NCBI GenBank assembly: GCA_036379355.1
Contig: DASVGV010000081.1
Location: 6,923-70,922 of the forward strand
Source: Mycobacteriales bacterium
GTDB lineage: Bacteria > Actinomycetota > Actinomycetes > Mycobacteriales > CAJCIY01
Direction: 5' to 3'
Length of the DNA: 64,000 nt
The position numbers and the translations under genes are program-made. The notes under the pieces are model-generated. The model was given only the letters and a program-made list of their open reading frames with translations, made no database searches and was not told the origin of the DNA. Shown here piece by piece: positions 27,942-36,712 of the stretch (its first letter is position 1; each line of letters begins with the position of its first letter).

Positions 27942-30371
27942 GTGCGCCTGACCCTGCCGCGATTCGGAATCGGACTGCTCGTCGCGGCGATGGGAGTGAC
28001 GGGACTTGCCGCGTGCTCGACCTCGAACGCGTCCCCCGGTCCGAGCGCGAACAGCGTCACCATCACCAGGGACAGCGCCGGCATCCCGCACATCACCGCG
28101 GGCAGCTTCACCGCGCTCGGGTACGGCGAGGCGATGGCGTTTGCGGCCGACAACCTCTGCACGTTCGCCGACGACGTCGTCACGGTGAACGGTGAGCGCT
28201 CGAAGTACTTCGGGCCGACGGGCCTCAGCCTCAACTACTCGGCCGGCACCAGCAACAGCAACCTGGACTCGGACTTCTTCTGGCAGGAGGTGAAGGCCAG
28301 CGGGCTCATGCAGAGGCAGATGCACCAGCCGCCGCCGATCGGCCCGTTGCCGCAGGTGCTCGACCTCTACCAGGGGTTCGTCGCGGGCTACAACGCCTAC
28401 CTGGCGGCCGGTGACCTGAAGGACCCCACCTGCGCCGGCAAGCCGTGGGTGCGGCCGATCACGCTCGACGACATGTTCCTGCGCGGCTACCAGATCGCGA
28501 CCGAGGCCTCCAGTCAGCAGTTCATCACTCGCGAGGTGAACGCGGCCCCGCCCGCTATCGAGCCCACGACCGGCGGCGCCGCCTACGTCACTCCGGCCGC
28601 GGCACCGGAGGGCGGTGTCGACCTGGCGGCGCTGCACAGCGAGCTCGCGACCAGCGGCGCGGACCTCCAGGGGTCGAACGGCATCGGCATCGGGTCGCAG
28701 GACACCGCGGCAGGCGACGGGATGGTGCTGGCCAACCCGCACTTCCCGTGGCGCGGCACCGAGCGGTTCTGGATGGCCCAGCTGACCGTGCCCGGCCAGT
28801 ACGACGTGGAAGGCGGGACCCTCGAAGGCTTCCCGCTCATCGGCATCGGCTTCAACCAGCATCTGGCCTGGACCCACACCGTCTCGACCAGCTCGCGGTT
28901 CACCCTCTACCAGCTGACCCTCGTCCCCGGCGACCCCACCAGCTATCTCGTCGACGGCACGCCGCACACGATGACCACCCGGACGGTCAGCGTCGACACC
29001 GGCCACGGAACCGAGAGCCATACCTTCTACCTGACCCAGTGGGGTCCGCTCATCGACCTGCCGGAGGCCGGCTACCACTGGACGACGACCACCGCGTACG
29101 CGCTCGCGGACTCGACCGCCGACGACACGTTCCGGGCGGCGGACCAGTACCTGCGCATGGGCCAGGCGACCTCCGTCGCGAGCCTGCTGGCAGTCGAGTC
29201 CCACTTCCTCGCGATCCCGACGTTCAACACCATCGCGGCGGACGACACCGGTCACGCGCTCTACGCGGACGTCGGCAACACCCCGAACGTGCCGCAGTCG
29301 CTGATCGACGCGTGCCTGCCCCAGGGCGCCGCGCAGCTCGTGTTCTCCGTCGGCGGCGTGGTGACCCTCGACGGGTCCCGCTCGGCATGCGCCTGGGCCG
29401 ACGACCCGGGCACTCCCGTGCCCGGGATCTTCAGCGCCGCGCACGAGCCGCACACGATCCGGACCGACTACGTCGAGAACTCCAACGACTCGTACTGGCT
29501 CGCGAACCCCAGTGCGCCGTTCCCGGCGTTCTCGCCGATCATCGGGAAGACCGGCACCGAGCAGGGCCTGCGCACCCGCTCGGGCAACGAGATGATCGCG
29601 CAGCGGGTGGCCGGCACCGACGGGCTGGGCCCGCCGAAGTTCACCGTCCCCACCCTGCAGAAGATGTGGGAGAGCGACCAGTCGCTGGAGGCGCAGCTGG
29701 TGCTGCCCGCGCTCGTCGGCGCCTGCCGGGCGACGCCGTCGGCGAAGGACTCCCACGGCGACACGGTGGACCTGGCGGCGGCCTGCTCCGCACTGGCGGG
29801 CTACAACGGGACCGGTCACCTGGACGCCCATGGCGGCTGGTTGTTCTCCGAGTGGTCGGCGTACGCACCCTCGTCCGGTTTCTGGTCCGACGCGTTCGAC
29901 CCCGCGCATCCCCTCACGACGCCGTCGCACCTGAACACCGCCAACCCGGCGATCCTGCGGGCCCTCGCGGACGCCGTCGTGAACCTGCAGGAGAACCACA
30001 TCCCCCTGGACGCCACCTACGGCGACGTGCAGCACGCGACCCGCAACGGGACGGCCATTCCTGTCCCGGGATGCGACACCGGCTGCTTCAACGCCATCTA
30101 CGCCGCGGACGGCCAGGGCGGACCGCTGAGCGCGGCGCCGTACGGCGAGGTCGTCGACGGCTCCTCGCTCGTCATGACCACCGAGCTGACCCGCTCCGGC
30201 CCCGTGTCGCAGGGGATCCTCACGTACTCGCAGGCCACCAACCCCACGTCACCCTGGTACGCGAACATGACCACGCTGTACTCGCAGGGCCGGTGGGTGA
30301 ACCTCCCGTACACCTCCGCTCAGCTGGCCCAGGACCGCGGCGCGAGAACGGTGACGCTCACGCTGCCGTAG
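27942..30371 (+). CDS. penicillin/AHL acylase family Ntn-hydrolase, lipoprotein
   Basis: 809 aa. It has a lipobox 'GLAAC', an alpha-subunit start 'ITRDSAGIPHI', and a predicted autoprocessing nucleophile in 'LQGSNGIGIGS...VLANPHFPW'. Confidence 0.88.
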   Translation: MRLTLPRFGIGLLVAAMGVTGLAACSTSNASPGPSANSVTITRDSAGIPHITAGSFTALGYGEAMAFAADNLCTFADDVVTVNGERSKYFGPTGLSLNYSAGTSNSNLDSDFFWQEVKASGLMQRQMHQPPPIGPLPQVLDLYQGFVAGYNAYLAAGDLKDPTCAGKPWVRPITLDDMFLRGYQIATEASSQQFITREVNAAPPAIEPTTGGAAYVTPAAAPEGGVDLAALHSELATSGADLQGSNGIGIGSQDTAAGDGMVLANPHFPWRGTERFWMAQLTVPGQYDVEGGTLEGFPLIGIGFNQHLAWTHTVSTSSRFTLYQLTLVPGDPTSYLVDGTPHTMTTRTVSVDTGHGTESHTFYLTQWGPLIDLPEAGYHWTTTTAYALADSTADDTFRAADQYLRMGQATSVASLLAVESHFLAIPTFNTIAADDTGHALYADVGNTPNVPQSLIDACLPQGAAQLVFSVGGVVTLDGSRSACAWADDPGTPVPGIFSAAHEPHTIRTDYVENSNDSYWLANPSAPFPAFSPIIGKTGTEQGLRTRSGNEMIAQRVAGTDGLGPPKFTVPTLQKMWESDQSLEAQLVLPALVGACRATPSAKDSHGDTVDLAAACSALAGYNGTGHLDAHGGWLFSEWSAYAPSSGFWSDAFDPAHPLTTPSHLNTANPAILRALADAVVNLQENHIPLDATYGDVQHATRNGTAIPVPGCDTGCFNAIYAADGQGGPLSAAPYGEVVDGSSLVMTTELTRSGPVSQGILTYSQATNPTSPWYANMTTLYSQGRWVNLPYTSAQLAQDRGARTVTLTLP

Positions 30372-30521
30372 CCGGCTGGCGCCACCCGGCGACGTGCGCG
30401 ATATCGCCCGGGTTCGACCGGATGACCGGCTTGCCCTGCTTCATAGGTTTCCGCTGTCTCGTCAGCAGAGGGACCGGGGGTACCCGTTCCCTCCGCGACG
30501 GTCGTGTGCGAGATTCGAGGG

Positions 30522-33092
30522 ATGGACTCCCCGGATGTGGACGCGGTTGTCGTGGGCGCCGGCTTCGCCGGCCTCTATCTCCTCCATCGCTTGCGGCAGC
30601 AAGGGTTCTCCGCCGTCGTGTTCGACGAAGCGGACGACGTCGGCGGCACCTGGTACTGGAACCGTTATCCCGGTGCGCGCTGCGACATCCCGACCACCGA
30701 CTACACATTCGGGTTCGACCCGGAGCTCGAGAAGGCCTGGACGTGGTCGGAGAAGTACGCGACGCAGCCGGAGATCCTGCGCTACCTCCAGTTCGTCGCC
30801 GACCGGTACGACCTGCGCCGCGACATCCGCTTCTCGACCCGGTTCGAGTCCGGGACCTGGGACGAGGACGCCTCGCTCTGGCACGTGACCACCAGCGCCG
30901 GTGAGCCGCTCACCTGCCGCCACCTGATCATGGCCACGGGCTGCCTGTCGGTCCCCAAGTCGCACGACATCCCGGGCCAGGACTCCTTCGCCGGGGACAC
31001 CTACGTGACCGGCCGGTGGCCGCACGAGGGCGTCGACTTCACCGGCAAGCGGGTCGCTGTCATCGGCACCGGGTCGTCGGGGATCCAGTCCATCCCGCTG
31101 ATCGCGAAGCAGGCGGCGCAGCTGACCGTCTTCCAGCGCACACCGAACTTCTCCGTACCGGCCTTCAACGGTCCGCCACCGGCCGACCGCCTGGAGCAGA
31201 TCGCCGCGGACCGGGAGGCCTACCGCGAGTCGGCGAAGTACTCCCGGGGTGGCGTGCCCCGCGAGCTCACGGAGGTCATGGGCGTGACCGCGCCGCCGGA
31301 CGTGCGCCGCGAGCGGTTCGAGCAGGCCTGGAAGGAAGGAGAGCTGTTCTCGATCCTCGGCGTGTTCGCCGACCAGGGTGTGAGCCTCGACTCCAACCAG
31401 ATCGTGGCCGAGATGATTCGCGAGAAGATCCGCGAGCGGGTCAAGGACCCGGCGACCGCGGATGCGCTCTGCCCCACCAGCCACCCGTTCGGCACGAAGC
31501 GGCCCTGTCTCGACAGCGGCTACTTCGAGACCTACAACCTGCCGCACGTCCGGCTGGTCGACCTGCGCAGCCAGCCGATCACGGCCATCACGGAGACCGG
31601 CATCGAGACCAGCGCCGAGTCGTTCGAGCTGGACGCGATCGTCTTTGCGACGGGTTTCGACGCCATGACCGGCGCCCTCGTGTCGGTCGACATCACCGGC
31701 CGCGACGGCGTCAGCCTGCGCGACGCGTGGGCGGACGGGCCGAACACCTACCTCGGTCTCATGACCGTCGGGTTCCCGAACCTGTTCATGATCACCGGAC
31801 CGGGCAGCCCGTCGGTGCTGTCGAACATGGCCGTGTCGATCGAGCAGCACACCGAGTGGGTGACCGACTGCCTGGCCGACCTGCGCAAGGACGGCTTCGA
31901 GACCATCGAGCCGACGCCCACGGCGCAGGCCGGCTGGGAGCAGCACGCCGCCGACTGCGCGGCGCTGACCCTCCACCCGCTGGCGGACTCCTGGTACATG
32001 GGCGCGAACGTGCCCGGCAAGCCCCGGGTGCTCTACCCGTACATCGGCGGGGTCGACACCTACCGCCGCGCCTGCGAGGACGTCAGAGCGCAGGGCTACC
32101 TCGGCATGCGCCGGTCCGGACCGGCCGGTACGCAGGTCAACGACGGAGTGGTCCGGCGGGTGCAGCCGGACGTGACGATGGTGCTCGAGCTCATGGCCCA
32201 GATGAACCTGCCGCCGCTGCACTCGATGTCGGTCCCCGAGGCGCGCGCGTTCTACGACGCCATGGGCGCCCAGAGCCCCCCCGGTCCGGAGGTCGGGCAG
32301 GTTCTCGACGGCGAGCTGCCCGGGGCCACCGGGCCGCTCGCCTACCGGCTCTACCGGCCGGCGACGGGCGGTCCGCACCCGGTCGTCGTCTACTTCCACG
32401 GCGGCGGCTGGGTGCTCGGCAGCGCGACGGCCGACGACGCCCTGTGCCGCGACCTGTGCGCCCGCTCGGGAGCGATCTTCGTCTCCGTCGACTACCGGCA
32501 CGCCCCCGAAGCGCGCTTCCCTGCCGCCGCGGACGATGCGCTCGCCGCGGTGCGGTGGGTCGGCGACCACGCCGACGAGCTCGGCGGCTCGCCCGGCGGG
32601 CTGGTCGTGGCCGGCTGGAGCGCCGGCGGCAACCTCGCCGCGGTGGTCACCCAGCGGGTCCGGGACGAGGGCGGTCCCCGCCTGGCCGGCCAGCTCCTCC
32701 TCTGCCCGGTCACCGACAGCGACCTGACCCGAGCCTCGTACGTCGAGAACGGCGAGGGGTTCGCGCTGGAGAAGGCGACGATGGAGTGGTTCTGGGACCA
32801 CTACGCCGACGCGGCCGACCGCACGGACCCGAGGGCCGCGCCGATCCGCGGTGACCTCGCCGGGCTGCCCCCGGCCGTCGTCATCACCTGCGAGTTCGAC
32901 CCGCTGCGGGACGAGGGCGAGGCCTACGCCGCCGCCCTCACCGCGGCGGGCGTCTCCGTGCAGCACATCCGCGCCCGCGGCCACGTGCACACCTCGATCC
33001 CGCAGGTCGGCATCGTGCTGTCCGGTGCGCCCGTGCGGGAGGAGATGGCGGCCGCCCTCCGGTCGCTGCTGCCCGCGCCGGTTCCGGCCTGA
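30522..33092 (+). CDS. natural fusion: type I Baeyer-Villiger (flavin) monooxygenase + HSL-family alpha/beta-hydrolase esterase
   Basis: The N-terminal ~540 aa carry 'GAGFAG', '[18 protein letters not shown]', '[12 protein letters not shown]', 'GTGSSG' and 'ATGFD'. The C-terminal ~290 aa carry 'VVYFHGGGW', the nucleophile elbow 'GWSAGG' (Ser codon 32619-32621), 'DPLRDEG' and 'GHVH'. The start is ATG 30522 or GTG 30504. Confidence 0.88.
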   Translation: MDSPDVDAVVVGAGFAGLYLLHRLRQQGFSAVVFDEADDVGGTWYWNRYPGARCDIPTTDYTFGFDPELEKAWTWSEKYATQPEILRYLQFVADRYDLRRDIRFSTRFESGTWDEDASLWHVTTSAGEPLTCRHLIMATGCLSVPKSHDIPGQDSFAGDTYVTGRWPHEGVDFTGKRVAVIGTGSSGIQSIPLIAKQAAQLTVFQRTPNFSVPAFNGPPPADRLEQIAADREAYRESAKYSRGGVPRELTEVMGVTAPPDVRRERFEQAWKEGELFSILGVFADQGVSLDSNQIVAEMIREKIRERVKDPATADALCPTSHPFGTKRPCLDSGYFETYNLPHVRLVDLRSQPITAITETGIETSAESFELDAIVFATGFDAMTGALVSVDITGRDGVSLRDAWADGPNTYLGLMTVGFPNLFMITGPGSPSVLSNMAVSIEQHTEWVTDCLADLRKDGFETIEPTPTAQAGWEQHAADCAALTLHPLADSWYMGANVPGKPRVLYPYIGGVDTYRRACEDVRAQGYLGMRRSGPAGTQVNDGVVRRVQPDVTMVLELMAQMNLPPLHSMSVPEARAFYDAMGAQSPPGPEVGQVLDGELPGATGPLAYRLYRPATGGPHPVVVYFHGGGWVLGSATADDALCRDLCARSGAIFVSVDYRHAPEARFPAAADDALAAVRWVGDHADELGGSPGGLVVAGWSAGGNLAAVVTQRVRDEGGPRLAGQLLLCPVTDSDLTRASYVENGEGFALEKATMEWFWDHYADAADRTDPRAAPIRGDLAGLPPAVVITCEFDPLRDEGEAYAAALTAAGVSVQHIRARGHVHTSIPQVGIVLSGAPVREEMAAALRSLLPAPVPA

Positions 33093-33106
33093 CGCCGGGT
33101 ACGCAG

Positions 33107-34732
33107 ATGGCGGCGGACGTCGTCGTCTTCACCGGCGGACCGATCCTCACCCTCGACGGTCCGGCGCCGACGTACGCCGAGGCGGTCGTCGTCGAGGGCG
33201 GCCTGATCGGCTTCGTCGGCGAGGCGGACGAGGCGCGCCGCCGGTTCCCCGGGGCCGCGATCCGCGACCTGCACGGCCACGCGCTGCTGCCGGGCTTCGT
33301 CGACGCGCACAGCCACCTCCTGGGCGGCATCGACCTCGTCCAGCAGGTCAACGTCGCCGGGGCCCCGATGGGGCCGTGCCGGGACATCGGCGACGTCGTG
33401 GCGGCACTCGCGCGGCACCGCGACGAAGCGGCCGTCCCGGCAGGGCAGTGGATCGTGGGCTGGGGCTACGACCCCGACACGCTCGCCGAGCGACGCCCGA
33501 TCACCCGGCTCGACCTCGACGACGCGTTCCCCGCCCACCCGGTGCTGCTCCATCACGTCTCCTGGCACGGGGCGGTACTCAACGGCGTCGGCCTCGCGCG
33601 AGCCGGGATCGGCGCCGGGACGCCCACGCCGGCCGGCGGCGTGATCGCTCGCCTGCCGGGCTCCGACGAGCCGTCCGGTCTGCTCATGGAAGCCGCCATG
33701 CTGCCGGCCCTGGCGGCGCTCCCGCGCCCCGACCTCGACGAGCGGCTGGCCCGCCTCGACGCCGTACAGCGGATGTACGCCGCGCAGGGCTACACGCACG
33801 CGCAGGACGGGCTGACCGGCACCGACGACCTGCGTCTGTTGCAACGGGCCGCGCGCGAGGGTCGGCTGTTCCTCGACGTCGTGGCGCTCGCCTCCTTCGC
33901 GGAGACCGACGCGTGGCTCGGCAGCCCCGACTTCCCGATCGGCGGGTACGACGGTCACTTCCGCATCGCCGGGATGAAGGCGCTCGCCGACGGTTCGCCG
34001 CAGGGGCGGACCGCCTACCTCACCGAGCCGTACCTGACCGAGGGGCCCGGCGGCCAGCACGCATGGCGCGGCGAGCCGATCGTGCCCGCCGACCAGCTCG
34101 CCGCGCTGGTCGCCCGCGTGCTGTCGGCCGGCGTGCAGGTGTTCGTGCACGCAAACGGCGACGCCGCCGTCGACGACGTCCTCGCGGCCGTGCGCGGCGC
34201 CGGTGTCAGCGCGGCCGACGACCGGCGCACCGTGATGATCCACTCCCAGGTCCAGCGTCCGGACCAGCTCGAGGACTACGTGCGGCTCGGCATCTGCCCG
34301 AGCTACTTCTCCAACCACTGCTTCTTCTGGGGCGACGTGCACCGGACGAACCTCGGCCCGGAGCGGGCGGAGGGGATCAGCCCGCTGCGGTCGGCCGCCG
34401 CGGCCGGTCTGAGGGTGTCCAACCACTGCGACTTCCCCGTGACGCCGCTGGACCCGTTCCACCAGCTGTGGACCGCGATGGCGCGGACGACCCGCAGCGG
34501 TCTGGTGCTCGGACCGCACGAGCGGATCGACGGGTACGCGGCGCTCCAGGCGCTGACCAGCGGCGCGGCGTACCAGGTGTTCGAGGAGGACCGCAAGGGC
34601 CGGATCGCGCCCGGCCTCTTGGCCGACCTGGTGGTCCTGTCCGCCGACCCGCTTGCCGCGGGCGTCGACGCCATCCGCGACGTGACCGTCCTGGAGACGA
34701 TCAAGGAAGGCGTGACCGTCCACACCGCCTGA
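33107..34732 (+). CDS. amidohydrolase family (Amidohydro_3-type metal-dependent hydrolase)
   Basis: 541 aa. The N-terminal 'LLPGFVDAHSHLLGG' is the metal-binding HxH motif, followed by 'VFVHANGDAA', 'IHSQV' and 'SNHCDFPV'. Confidence 0.85.
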   Translation: MAADVVVFTGGPILTLDGPAPTYAEAVVVEGGLIGFVGEADEARRRFPGAAIRDLHGHALLPGFVDAHSHLLGGIDLVQQVNVAGAPMGPCRDIGDVVAALARHRDEAAVPAGQWIVGWGYDPDTLAERRPITRLDLDDAFPAHPVLLHHVSWHGAVLNGVGLARAGIGAGTPTPAGGVIARLPGSDEPSGLLMEAAMLPALAALPRPDLDERLARLDAVQRMYAAQGYTHAQDGLTGTDDLRLLQRAAREGRLFLDVVALASFAETDAWLGSPDFPIGGYDGHFRIAGMKALADGSPQGRTAYLTEPYLTEGPGGQHAWRGEPIVPADQLAALVARVLSAGVQVFVHANGDAAVDDVLAAVRGAGVSAADDRRTVMIHSQVQRPDQLEDYVRLGICPSYFSNHCFFWGDVHRTNLGPERAEGISPLRSAAAAGLRVSNHCDFPVTPLDPFHQLWTAMARTTRSGLVLGPHERIDGYAALQALTSGAAYQVFEEDRKGRIAPGLLADLVVLSADPLAAGVDAIRDVTVLETIKEGVTVHTA

Positions 34733-34784
34733 GTGCAAGGCGTGCGCCGTCGTCACCTTTCCGGCGCGGAGCCGTTGAGGCGAC

Positions 34785-36614
34785 GTGATCGGACAAAGCG
34801 GACAGGGAAGGCGCGCCCGGCGGGTGCGACGGCCGGTGAGCCGGGCGCGGCGCGCGGCGCTGCTCTCGGTGGCCGGCGCGACCGTGCTGGCCGGGCTCGT
34901 CTGCCTGACGCCGGCGCTCGCGTCGACCGCCCCCCCGGCGGGCGGCACGGCGACCGAGAACCTCCGCGTCACGGTGTCCGACGGCGTCTCCCTGCAGGCC
35001 ACCGTCACCGGCGCCGCGCCGCTTGCTCCGCGCCCGACCATCGTCGAGTTCAGCCCGTACGGCAACGGGAGCGGAACGTTCACGCCGGGCCCGGCGTACA
35101 ACTTCCTGCTGGTGCAGATCCGCGGGACCGGCTCGAGCGACGGCAGCTTCGACGCGCTCGGACCCCGAACCCAGCTCGACGTCCAGCAGGTACTTCAGTG
35201 GGCCTGCCACGCCCCGTTCAGCGACGGCACGCTCGGCCTCAACGGCTTCTCCGCGAGCGCGATCACGATCTACAACTCGCTGCACCTGTCCCTGCCCTGC
35301 GTCAAGGCGGCGCTGCTGAAGTCCGGGACCTACTCCCTCTACCGCGACCTGCTCTGGCCGGGCGGGGTGAGCAACTTCGTGCCCGGGGTCGGCGTCGCGG
35401 GCCTGATCGCCGGCCCGGCCCTCGAGCAGGGACCCGACCGGCTTCAGCGCGCACCGCTCACGTCGGTGACGACGGCCACCGGCCTCGCGACCGCCGACCT
35501 GTCGGCGATCGAGCACCCGACCCTCGACGCGTGGTGGCAGCAGCGGCAGTTCCAGGGCGACGTCAACCACCTGCCGATCCTCATGATCGACGGGTTCTTC
35601 GACGTCGAGTCCCGCGGCGCCTTCCAGGCCTACCAGGAGCTGCGGGGCGACGGCGCGCACCTTCTGGTTGTCGGCGGTCACGACGGCGCTCCGGCCGGCA
35701 CCGACGACGGCAATGCCGAGGCCGAGGCGTGGTTCGACCACTACCTGCGGGGCGTCGACAACGGGGTCACCCGCCAGCCCGCCGTGCAGCTGCTGCTGGC
35801 GAAGGGCGACCGCGTCCAGTACCTGAACGGCGCGTTCGAGCGCACCAGCGGCACCGACTGGCCGCTGCCCGGGACGCACTGGGTCCCGCTGGCGCTGTCA
35901 CCCGCGCGCAGCGGCACCGCGCACTCGCTCAACGACGGGACGCTGACCGCCGGGACGCCGGCGGCCGCGACCACCGAGTCGTACCCGGCCGTCGCCTCCC
36001 TTCCGACGGCGACCGATGTGCCGAACGCCGCGATCGTCGGTGCGGCGGGCCTGAACCAGCTGTTCGCCGCGCTGCCGGCGCTCGACGAGATGAACGTCGC
36101 CGAGCCACAGGGCCTGTCTTTCACGACCGCGCCGCTGCGCCAGGACGTGCAGTCCGCCGGGCCGCTCGACCTCGACGTCCCGCTCTCGACCACCACACCG
36201 GGTGCAGCGATCTGGGCGGTGCTCTGCGATGTCGCGCCGGACGGCACCTCGCACCCGCTCACCGTCGGGCGCCTCTCGACGGCGTACCCCGACCTCGACC
36301 CGAGCAGGTCCCTGTACGACCCGGTGACCGGTGATCTCGTCCAGCCGTACGGCGTGTACGACGCGAAGACGCCGCCGGCCGTCGGCCAGACGCGCCTCTA
36401 TCACGTCGAGTTCTGGCCGGTAGGCAACGACTTCCAGGCCGGCCACCGGATCCGCCTGGACATCATCGGCGCCTCGGGGGCCTCGACCCTCGCCGTCCCG
36501 GGCGTCAACTCGGTGCTCGTCGGCGCGGGCAGCGGCGCCCGGCTCCAGATGCCGGTCCTGCCCGGCAGCGACCTGCTCGCCGCTCTCGGCGCCGGCCCGT
36601 CCGACCCGAACTGA
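34785..36614 (+). CDS. CocE/NonD-family (S15 X-Pro dipeptidyl-peptidase-like) hydrolase, exported
   Basis: 609 aa. An Arg-rich signal 'SRARRAALLSVAGATVLAG...ALAS' is possibly Tat. Other motifs are 'IVEFSPYG', 'LVQIRGTGSSDGSF' and 'LNGFSASA'. Alternative starts are 34824 and 34836. Confidence 0.8.
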   Translation: MIGQSGQGRRARRVRRPVSRARRAALLSVAGATVLAGLVCLTPALASTAPPAGGTATENLRVTVSDGVSLQATVTGAAPLAPRPTIVEFSPYGNGSGTFTPGPAYNFLLVQIRGTGSSDGSFDALGPRTQLDVQQVLQWACHAPFSDGTLGLNGFSASAITIYNSLHLSLPCVKAALLKSGTYSLYRDLLWPGGVSNFVPGVGVAGLIAGPALEQGPDRLQRAPLTSVTTATGLATADLSAIEHPTLDAWWQQRQFQGDVNHLPILMIDGFFDVESRGAFQAYQELRGDGAHLLVVGGHDGAPAGTDDGNAEAEAWFDHYLRGVDNGVTRQPAVQLLLAKGDRVQYLNGAFERTSGTDWPLPGTHWVPLALSPARSGTAHSLNDGTLTAGTPAAATTESYPAVASLPTATDVPNAAIVGAAGLNQLFAALPALDEMNVAEPQGLSFTTAPLRQDVQSAGPLDLDVPLSTTTPGAAIWAVLCDVAPDGTSHPLTVGRLSTAYPDLDPSRSLYDPVTGDLVQPYGVYDAKTPPAVGQTRLYHVEFWPVGNDFQAGHRIRLDIIGASGASTLAVPGVNSVLVGAGSGARLQMPVLPGSDLLAALGAGPSDPN

Positions 36615-36712
36615 CGCGAGAACAATTCGGTACTAGTCGGACAGTCCGCCGCGTGTCAGGGTGGAGGGGCCGGCGCACGACGACGTGAACCGGGACGGCG
36701 GAAGGCGGCCGC

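Noticed and set aside
26571-30035. 1154-aa minus-strand ORF. The same applies to 9118..12141 (+), 30462..32990 (-), 36656..38977 (-), 59741..62209 (-) and similar.
   Set aside because: These are antisense shadows of galK/acylase, glcB/glcD, the BVMO fusion, the molybdo-enzyme and the secreted hydrolase respectively. Their composition is non-protein-like and they carry no motifs.
30358-30503. Short minus-strand ORF ending 'MKQGKPVIRSNPGDIAHVAGWRQPATAA', overlapping the acylase stop. It could be a gene remnant.
   Set aside because: The peptide from its ATG is only 28 codons, with no ribosome-binding site and no recognisable family. The rest of ORF 30358..30708 is Arg-rich junk antisense to the BVMO start region.
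36615-36712. CGGAC-A-GTCCG mini-palindrome and an ACTAGT site upstream of the molybdo-enzyme gene.
   Set aside because: The 5-bp arms are too short to distinguish from chance. I noted it only because the local GC content drops.
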